A stretch of DNA of 64,000 bases from the human T2T-CHM13v2.0 reference genome, Homo sapiens: assembly GCF_009914755.1 (NCBI RefSeq), contig NC_060942.1. The stretch is one strand, 5' to 3'. Within the stretch, counting starts at the first letter, position 1; every line of letters begins with the position of its first letter. The position numbers and the translations under genes are program-made. The notes beneath the pieces were generated by a model. That model made no database searches. It was not told the DNA's origin and worked only from the letters and a program-made list of their open reading frames with translations. Below, one piece after another: positions 56,300-64,000 of this stretch.

Positions 56300-57309
56300 G
56301 TGAGAGACAGCATGTTGAGATGGTGGAGAAAGCGCAGGTGTTCAGCAAAAAAAAAAAAAAAAGTGCAAGAATATCACCCCTTTAGTGCAGAAAAAAGAAA
56401 ATTAACATTTATTGCCTATCTGTCATACTAGGTGTCTCCTATATGTTGTTTCATTTAAATCCTGAAAATACCTTGGGAAACTATATTCTCCCCATGCAGA
56501 AAAAAATGAGGCTCCAAAAGGCATGGAAGAACTCATGTCTGTCTGTTTCAAAAGCCCATGGTAGTGGGGGAGTTTGCACACTGTGCAGAGGAAGTTATTT
56601 GTGATTATTGAAGTGACATGTACAGTTTTATAACATGCTCTTCTAAGCCCCATTGGCTTTCCTCTGTGACCCTGTATAGCACTGGCTGTATGGACTCTTG
56701 ATTTGATGTTTATTGTTGTCTGTCTTTGACCATCATTCAAAACAGCATGTGGACTCTAAAAGTCATACTTCCACACTTTGCCTTTCCTGTGGAGCCTGGA
56801 ATTTTTTAATAGATGATGGTTAATATTAATCGCATGATTGACTTTTTACATCTAAGATTCTAGGATTTAAAAAAAGTGTTAATAAGCAAAGTCTAATTTG
56901 AATTTTCTTTTTTTATATTTTTTTATTATAACTTAAGCTTCACTTCTCAGCCCACAAGTAGTGTGAATTAAAGCTGCCTCAGCATTTGTTCTCTTTCAGA
57001 TATGTCTAAAACTTTAAAAAAAAAAAAAAAACAGGATAAAACCAAGGCCAGGAGCATTATCTTAATATTATACTTTCCAGCTATCTTATGCTGATAAATG
57101 CCAGTATCCCCAATTACAGAAACTATGAATTGTCATCTAGAGTCAATGGTAAGATGAGACAAAATCATCAAAACTTTTAAGTGCTTTTTCCCATATCAGC
57201 TTAGTGTATCAGAACTTTGTCATTTCATCATGCCAAAATGCCACCTCCTTAGGGAGGCCTTTGCTGACCTCCCTAGTTACCAATCCTATTTGGCGATTAC
57301 CATGACATG

Positions 57310-57525
57310 GTGGCAGCACTTAGCATGGATTAACTCATTGATTTAATACTCAAAAGGATCATATAAGCTAAGTGCCACTATACCATCCAGAATTTTTAGA
57401 TAGGGAAACAAACCCAGAGATGAAGTAATTCCCTTAAGATGGGTTACAAGCTAGGAAGTAGCAGAGGCAACATATATACCTGGTGTTCTAGCTCCAGAGA
57501 TCCTACTTCTAACCTCTAACTACTC
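57310..57525 (-). mobile_element. MIR (a second MIR fragment lies at about 56400-56570)
   Basis: aactcattgatttaatactca...gatagggaaaca..cccagagatgaagtaatt. Confidence 0.6.
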
Positions 57526-57534
57526 CCTTAAAAT

Positions 57535-58231
57535 CTCCCCTAGCCCCTCCCCTAGAGCCTCCCCAGCTCCTCCCCCTTCCCTAATCCCTTCCCTAGCTGC
57601 TCCCCTAACTCCTCCCCTAGTTCCTCCCCTAATTCTTCCTGCAGCTCCTCCCCTAGTTCATGACTGCTTCTTTCCCTAGCCCCTCCATTAGCTCCTCTTT
57701 CCCTAGCCCCTACCTTAGTTCCTTCCCTAGTCCCTCGAACTCCTCCCCAAGCCTCACCCCTAGATTCTCCCCTAACTCCTCCCCTAGATGTTCTCCTAAC
57801 TCCTCCCCTAGCTCCACTCCTAGTCTCTCCCTAGCTCCACTCCTAGTCTCTCCCTAACTCCTCCTCTAGCTCCTCCCCATCCCCTCCTGTGTCGCTCCCC
57901 TTGTCCCTCACCTAGACTCCCCCTAGCTCTTCCCCACTCTCCCTAACTCCTCCCCTAGCTTCTCCCCGAGCCTCATCTCCTTAGCTCCTCTCCCAGTCTC
58001 TCCCTAACTCATCCCCTAGTCCCTCCCCTAGTCTCTCCCTAACCCCTCCCCTAACTCCTCCCTAGCACTTCCCCTGGTCCTGCCCCTAGTCTCTCCCTAG
58101 CTCCTCCCATAACTCCTCCCCTAGCCCCTCCCCTGGTCTATCCCATGACTCCTTCCCTAGTCTCTCCCTAGCCCCTCCCCTAACTCCTTCCCTAGCCCCT
58201 CCCCTGGTTCCGCCCCTAACTCCTCTCCTAG
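57535..58231. repeat. C-rich degenerate 12-bp tandem array, consensus about CTCCCCTA(A/G)CTC
   Basis: About 55-60 units with CCCTAG/CCCTAA recurring at 12-nt period. Confidence 0.93.
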
Positions 58232-58313
58232 CTTCTTTGGTAATCACTACCTTAACCCATCCTTTAACTCTCTTAACTCCTCCCCTCCTCTGCCCTGCTT
58301 CATTTTTCCTTCA

Positions 58314-58690
58314 CTATATCATCAGGGTCTTGCAGGAAAGAAGATGCACTCAGCTGAGATTAAAAGAATTTGATGAGGAGGCTGCTTCAAGAGCTGGGGG
58401 AACCGATGAGAAAATGCAGACATGCGCAACAGCAGGAAGCATCACCACCCTCAGGCCTGCGGGCCAGGCGAGGAGGAGTGCGGGGCAGGACCCTGGGAGA
58501 GAGGGGAAGGAGGGACTAGTAGAGCCTCCAGGCGCCGTGGGGCAGAAAGTTCTGGAAGCTCAGAGGACTGGCGGTGGCAGAGCCAGGGGCGTGGGGCAGG
58601 AGGTGCGAGGGAAAAGCCCCTCTTCTCTTTGATCCCCTCTTGCTGAGCCTGGTGCACTTTCCTTGACGTGGACAGCAACAGAATCCAGGA
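58314..58690 (-). mobile_element. Ancient MaLR-type LTR (MLT1 group), GC-rich
   Basis: atcagggtcttgcaggaaagaagatgcactca...gcaacagcaggaagcatcaccaccctcaggcctg resembles old MLT1 LTRs; right boundary uncertain. Confidence 0.45.
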
Positions 58691-59928
58691 CATAGTGAAT
58701 CTAAAACAACTTTTTTTTTAATGCAAGATTTTTCTCTCAGTATTTTGACATTTAAATGGTTCTACCGCTAAGTGGTTAAGTGGTTCCGTTCTAATTAGCC
58801 TTTTACCACCCAGTTCATCCGAGTTTCCTCCCTGCATCCCAAGCTTCCCACAGTGAGAGAGTATTTTCCACGTCGCCAAACACACCTGGCAATAGAACAG
58901 GCTGAAAGCGAGTGACATTGCCAAGGACAGAGCCACCTGCGGAGCCTGACACAGAGATGGTCGGTGCTCGGCGTTAACAGATTGTCTTCTCTGTGTTCCT
59001 CGCCCAGGCGATCAGATGACACACAAATCAGACTCAGCACAGCCCCTCCTTTGGGTAAAATAGAAACTCTGAAAGAGCATGACTTACTACATCTATTTTT
59101 CTTCTCCCTCTAAGCTCATCCATTAGATACAAGTCATTCTCAAGTATGAAGAATAATTGCTGGCTTAAAAAGGATGAGGGGGAAAAAACAAATAAAGATG
59201 AGGAAACGACTGGAAAGTTCATCAGAAGCTTTAGTTAGCATGCATGCGTTTCTCTGTACATTGTTAGCATTCTGAAAAGTTTTCGGTAATCACTTCTGTT
59301 TTCGGTTTGCGATAGACTATTTCTCATGCAGGGGTGCAGCTGAACAACCAAAAGCATAGACAGAATTTTCTTTAAATGTATTTTGTATGGAATTTAACTT
59401 TTGGCCATTTTGGTAGCCATCGAGCTTAATTGTTTGGGTTAACCATATCATGAAGTGAGTTCAGTGACGGTGACTCACACACCGGCTAGGATAAGTCAGA
59501 ATCTCTATCATTGTAAAAGCTTTCTTCCTGATAATTCATGGTTACTGGTTAGGGTAAAGCACAGCTTGCCTGTTCCCAGAGATTTTAAGAAAGTGTGTAA
59601 TTTGCTTTTATATGCTGAAATTGAGCATAAAGGAAAAGAAAGCAGCTTACAGGCTCTCCATTAAAAACAGCTTTTTCTGGGGAAAAGCTTTTCTGCTTTT
59701 ATTTCAAAAGTTGAAGAACAGCAGAAGTTTCAGATTCCCTAGAAAATCTACCTAGCTCTCTGGCATCCAGAATTTTTGGCAAAGTACATTTGGAGGAAAT
59801 ATTGAGCTCTGAATACATTTTAATTCATCAAGGATCAAGGCAACAAGATTGCTCAATTTTTACCAACTTATCTTGAGCTCAATATTGAGGATGTGAAAGC
59901 TGCTGCCTTGTTTATTGTTCTTAAAAAT

Positions 59929-59962
59929 ATAGATAGATAGATAATAGATAGATGATAGATAG
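59929..59962. repeat. Imperfect (GATA)n repeat
   Basis: atagatagatagataatagatagatgatagatag. Confidence 0.9.
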
Positions 59963-59970
59963 TGTATCTT

Positions 59971-60021
59971 TTGTGCTTCTGAATCTGTTTCTCAGTAGAG
60001 CTCTCCTTTCTTCCTCTCTAG
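59971..60021 (+). promoter_or_regulatory. 3' splice site (branch region and polypyrimidine tract) of the DOK6 last exon
   Basis: 19-nt pure pyrimidine run 60001-60019 then AG; branch-like ctgaat/ctcag upstream. Confidence 0.85.
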
Positions 60022-60161
60022 GTCATGGGTTTGGTTCGTCAAAGATGTCTCGTGCACAGACATTTCCCAGCTACGCCCCAGAACAGAGTGAAGAGGCCCA
60101 GCAGCCGTTGTCGCGGTCCAGCAGCTATGGATTCAGCTACAGCTCCAGCCTCATCCAATGA
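60022..60161 (+). CDS. DOK6: Terminal coding exon of docking protein 6 (C-terminal 46 residues, first Gly codon split G|GT)
   Basis: Translation (G)HGFGSSKMSRAQTFPSYAPEQSEEAQQPLSRSSSYGFSYSSSLIQ-TGA matches the human DOK6 C-terminus as recalled; canonical acceptor; locally raised GC/CpG. Confidence 0.93.
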
Positions 60162-60654
60162 CACACAGAGAGCCGCTGTTGACTAGAGAGACAGTCTGTC
60201 CTGGACCCGTCTGTGGGGTCATTACCCTCTGCCTCCTGGAAGACCAATTGCAGTACAAATTGAAATGGGTCGGCTCTAGCCCCAGTCCCATTGGAAGGTT
60301 AAAAACTGGAGTTCTGCTTCCTTGATTCAGTGGCTAAGTCCTTTATTTATTGAATTTCTTTGGGGGAATCTATGTTTTACATAAATAGAATCCAAATCGT
60401 ATGAACAGTTATTTAAATAAACAAAATTCTTTGGGTCTGACAGTAACAGAAACCTCAGCACTGGGAAAAGTTGCCCACACTGGGGTATGCCTGGGTGATG
60501 GGCACCTCTCACTGACCTCACAGCGCAGTCCGCCCATCTGAGCACAGGGTCTGTCCTTAGACATAATGGTGACCCTCCACAAGCTCTGTGGCTTTTAAAG
60601 TTCTGACAGGGATAAATACAGTAAGCTCTGCAAATGACATCGTAGCTGCATATA

Positions 60655-60676
60655 AATAAACCCAGTGACAATTAAA
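60655..60676 (+). promoter_or_regulatory. Candidate proximal polyadenylation signals (AATAAA 60655-60660, ATTAAA 60671-60676)
   Basis: Tandem hexamers followed by a GU-repeat downstream element; usage not demonstrable from sequence. Confidence 0.4.
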
Positions 60677-60727
60677 GGAACATGAAATTCAGAACACACT
60701 ATTAAGCAGGGCCCTGTAGCTCTACTC

Positions 60728-60734
60728 GTGTGTG

Positions 60735-60767
<33 letters not shown>
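60728..60767 (+). repeat. (TG)20 microsatellite in the 3' UTR
   Basis: Near-perfect run with one CG interruption. Confidence 0.97.
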
Positions 60768-62491
60768 AGACAAATGGATATTGCTATATCCATCTATATA
60801 TAACAAGTATATATCAAACATGTGCTGAGGGTGACAGGATATGCTCACTTAAATTGTTGAAAACCATAATTTGGTGCATTAAAGTTAAGATTGTTATGTT
60901 GAATAGCTATTTTTAAAATAGTGCTGTAAAAAAAAAAAAAAAAGGCTTCTTATTAGCAAAAGTATATGTAATCCAGTCTGTTCCTAACAAGTGTAAGCAA
61001 AAATGTGAGAAGGGGAACATTCAGAAGCAAAAGAACCAGTCTAGCTGTCCTACACATCATGTCATACCCTGTCTTTCTGGTGAGCGTTTCCTTGTTGCTG
61101 ACAATGTTGCTCCCTGTGGCCATCCATCTGAGCTACGTGAGGAGGATTCCATGTGAACGCCGATCAGCTTCCATTTAACCTTGAGAGAAAAGAGAGGTTC
61201 TAAATGAAGAACTCTTTAAGAAAGAAAGAATACACCCATAAAGAACTCAGCTATTTTGCAGTAAAGAGAAGAACAAAATGGGTACAGGATTGTGGATATC
61301 ATAGATGCTGTTCTCACACAACCACTGGGGGCTTGTAATTTACTGTGTAACCAGAACTTGCAGGGCTTTATTTTTTCTTTTACTGGACACAGGTTGTCTG
61401 AGATTATAAGAAATAAAATAGATCAATAATTTTCATCATCCCTGACACTGATTACAAACCTACAGTGTTTAAAGGGAGGTAGTGAATTCCACGGAAACTG
61501 AGTTTGGCTAATTCAGGTCAACAAAGATATATTTGCCCTTAATTCTGGAGTTAAGTAAAAATAAAAATTATCCTGCCTGAATCATCTGATGCTTTGTGCC
61601 TAAGATGGTTATCTCTCAAATACTCTAGGGTGGGTTTAAAGAACAGTGAGCTCAGGTCACGCAAGATGAAAACCCAGGTTTTTTTTTTCTTAATAGGAAA
61701 ATTTTTTAAACTATCCAAATTAGTCTGTTGAAAGGGTACCTTTTTTGCTGATCTCTGATGAGTTGTCTTTTCATCCCTATCTGTAGCTTGAGTGCAGATT
61801 GACAATTCATTTCAGTGAATTACTACCGAATAAAAGTGGTTCCGGATCCCTCCTAGATAAATGTGCACTTACAGCAACTACCTAGGCTCTCCAAATCACT
61901 CCACTTGGTATGAAAACCCCATCAAGATACTAATCGTAAGAGTTAATGTGGCTGCAAAAAATAATTATCCTAAGCTTTCAGGGATAAAAAGAAAATTACC
62001 CAGGTTCTCTGCACTGTGAATTTTGCTGACACAGCGGAGGAGCAGATGACTGGTTCCTACAACTGTACAGCCTTCCTTGAAATCATAGCTTTTGGGGTTA
62101 AACACTTGTGAATTTCTTTTGCACATGGCATTTGCTTTTGAAATGCCTTTAGTCAAATACACCAGAGCAACTCCCAGCTGAGACCATTTGAGCACAGTTC
62201 CTAGTGGGGCCACATTCAGAGCAAGCCTCTCGCCGGCTCACTCAGTTGAGCTGTTGCTTAGACACCACAAGTTTCTACAAGGGACTTATGGGGAACGGCC
62301 CTCAGGGGTCCTGGTTCACATCTCAGCTTTATTCATGTGCTGGAAGCACAAACAGCGAGTCCAGGGAGGGATTCTGCTAATCAGATGAGTCTGCTCTTGT
62401 GTCTCTTTCTTAGGAGACAAATACCTGTATGTAATTGCTTCAAGAACTCCATTTGGTTCTGATCATTACCAATGAATATAACTGAAGGAGC

Positions 62492-63026
62492 ACCAAAGAT
62501 CAGGCATAACCTCGGGCCAGTTCATTCTGAAAATGATGTCGTAAAAAGAGTATGTGTGAGAGAAATCTCCTTCCCAAGTTTTTAACCAGATCTCGTCACA
62601 ATGAGGAGAATGCTATAATCTATCTCATGGTACATTTTTGGAGCTTAATTCTAGCATACTCCTCCAAGTACACTCACAATTGTAGCTGAGTCAAGACTGC
62701 TAAATGAACAGATAGGAGAACTTATATTAGACTAATATCCTTGACACGAAGCAGGGTTCATTGTAATAAAAACGGCAAACAGATAAATCTTCTACCAAAA
62801 CCAAAGATGGAAAGTCACTGCACCAGTCTCCTGGAACTTCATAAAATCAATTTCACTGGAGCAACCAGAAGGGTCATGGAGATGTATACCACTCGCTTGG
62901 GCTCGTAGGTTTTTGACTGGGGATGCCTCTACACTTTGTAAGTCATTTCTCCCTTCAAAAATTGTATTATATCTTTAATATATGTGTATTTTTCAATGCG
63001 AGGGAGGAATTACTATGAACCAAAGA
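62492..63026 (+). promoter_or_regulatory. Three miR-9-5p 8mer seed matches
   Basis: ACCAAAGA at 62492-62499, 62800-62807 and 63019-63026. Confidence 0.65.
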
Positions 63027-64000
63027 TATCTTTTGGCTCCTTCTGAAAGTGACTCAGTTTGAATTCCATTCAGATTTGTACAGATAAATAGATGGTCACC
63101 ATTTCTGCATCAGGTTGGAAGAGACCAATGATAAAGGAACCCAACGTAAGGAATAGCAGTTCTGAAAATAGACAAAGCCTAGAGGAGGTATCCATTTCAC
63201 TGAGAGATTACACGAGGGGACTTATTTTTTATGTTCCCAATTTTTTCTTCTGATAATATTAATCAATGTACACATGATTGATGCATGATATTACACTTAA
63301 AATGCAGGAGAGTACAAAACAACCTTGATCCAATAGTTTCCTATTCTGGGGGGTGGGGGCAGAGGCGGAAAAGAAAACACATCTTTCACTTACTTATTGA
63401 ACAAACAATAAGCACTCAGAACTAATTTATTTATGCAGGTTGCAAATATGTATGAAGCAATAGGTTCTGGCCACTGCCACAATTTGAAATCAATAAAATA
63501 AGAAATATATATTTATATATGAGGGAAGATGCTGTTTGATAGAGCATGTGAAATCAATGGAAACATATTTATTAAAAGTAAACCTCACCTTTTTCACCAA
63601 ATAGTAACTAGAGAACTAGTCCTAGTATCTTGCGTAATTCTTCTCTGTCTTCATTGGGAAATTATGTTTGAAAATCTTTCATCACCTATAAAATGGTGAG
63701 CCTCTTGTACTTTCTATTCAGTGTAGAAAGAGTGGACTGATAAATAACTTTACATTGTTGGTAGTAGTTTCTACAGATCCAGTTTATTGCATGTCGTATC
63801 TTTATTGTAGATATTAAAAACACATGATAAAAATTGATGTGTGCCCCTCCTTGTTTGGCCAGTATCACAGAAAACTTTGTAAAAAAGCATGGGGACCCTA
63901 CTCCCTAGATTATTTGAGCCATTTACTAAAATTGGCCATTAGTGATACAGTGAAAACAAGCTAAGGAAATGATATTCTCCTAAAAAGTTATATTCCAGTT

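Larger units (their letters stand above)
60162..64000 (+). other. DOK6: DOK6 3' UTR (probably continues beyond the window)
   Basis: Follows the stop codon; no recognisable interspersed repeats, unlike the intron; several AATAAA hexamers and miRNA seed matches. Confidence 0.8.

Noticed and set aside
57660-57857. Ser/Pro-rich ORF resembling a CTD- or mucin-like repeat
   Set aside because: By-product of the 12-bp array; short and with no convincing exon boundaries
57535-58231. CRISPR-like array or true interstitial telomere
   Set aside because: No unique spacers, and the period is 12 bp with non-telomeric halves rather than tandem TTAGGG
58237-58693. 131-, 74- and 80-aa overlapping ORFs
   Set aside because: GC-rich LTR-like sequence with few stop codons; no recognisable domain
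59952-60021. N-terminal part of the 69-aa ORF (MIDSVSFVLL...)
   Set aside because: Intronic; the ATG comes from the GATA repeat, and only 60022-60161 is exon

Overview
Human (primate) genomic DNA, AT-rich and about half interspersed repeats; there are no prokaryotic-type genes or systems. The only real coding sequence is the terminal exon of DOK6 on the + strand (acceptor AG 60020-60021, CDS 60022-60161, ...GHGFGSSKMSRAQTFPSYAPEQSEEAQQPLSRSSSYGFSYSSSLIQ*), recognised from memory of the DOK6 C-terminus. Bases 1-60021 are the 3' part of a very long phase-1 last intron, and 60162-64000 is the start of a long 3' UTR. The intron holds Alu, L1, MaLR/ERVL LTR, MIR, L2 and DNA-transposon fossils, including nested insertions and a twin-primed L1 inversion, plus a ~700-bp C-rich 12-mer array with telomere-like hexamers next to a CpG-enriched patch. 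The most interesting signals are post-transcriptional: three miR-9 8mer sites in ~535 nt with miR-128/27, miR-218 and miR-19 8mers nearby, all downstream of a proximal poly(A) signal followed by a (UG)n tract; a candidate 28-nt UGC-preceded microexon; a candidate UG-flanked poison exon; and a candidate open-frame cassette exon. These are hypotheses from sequence alone. Repeat subfamily calls and boundaries were made by eye and are approximate.
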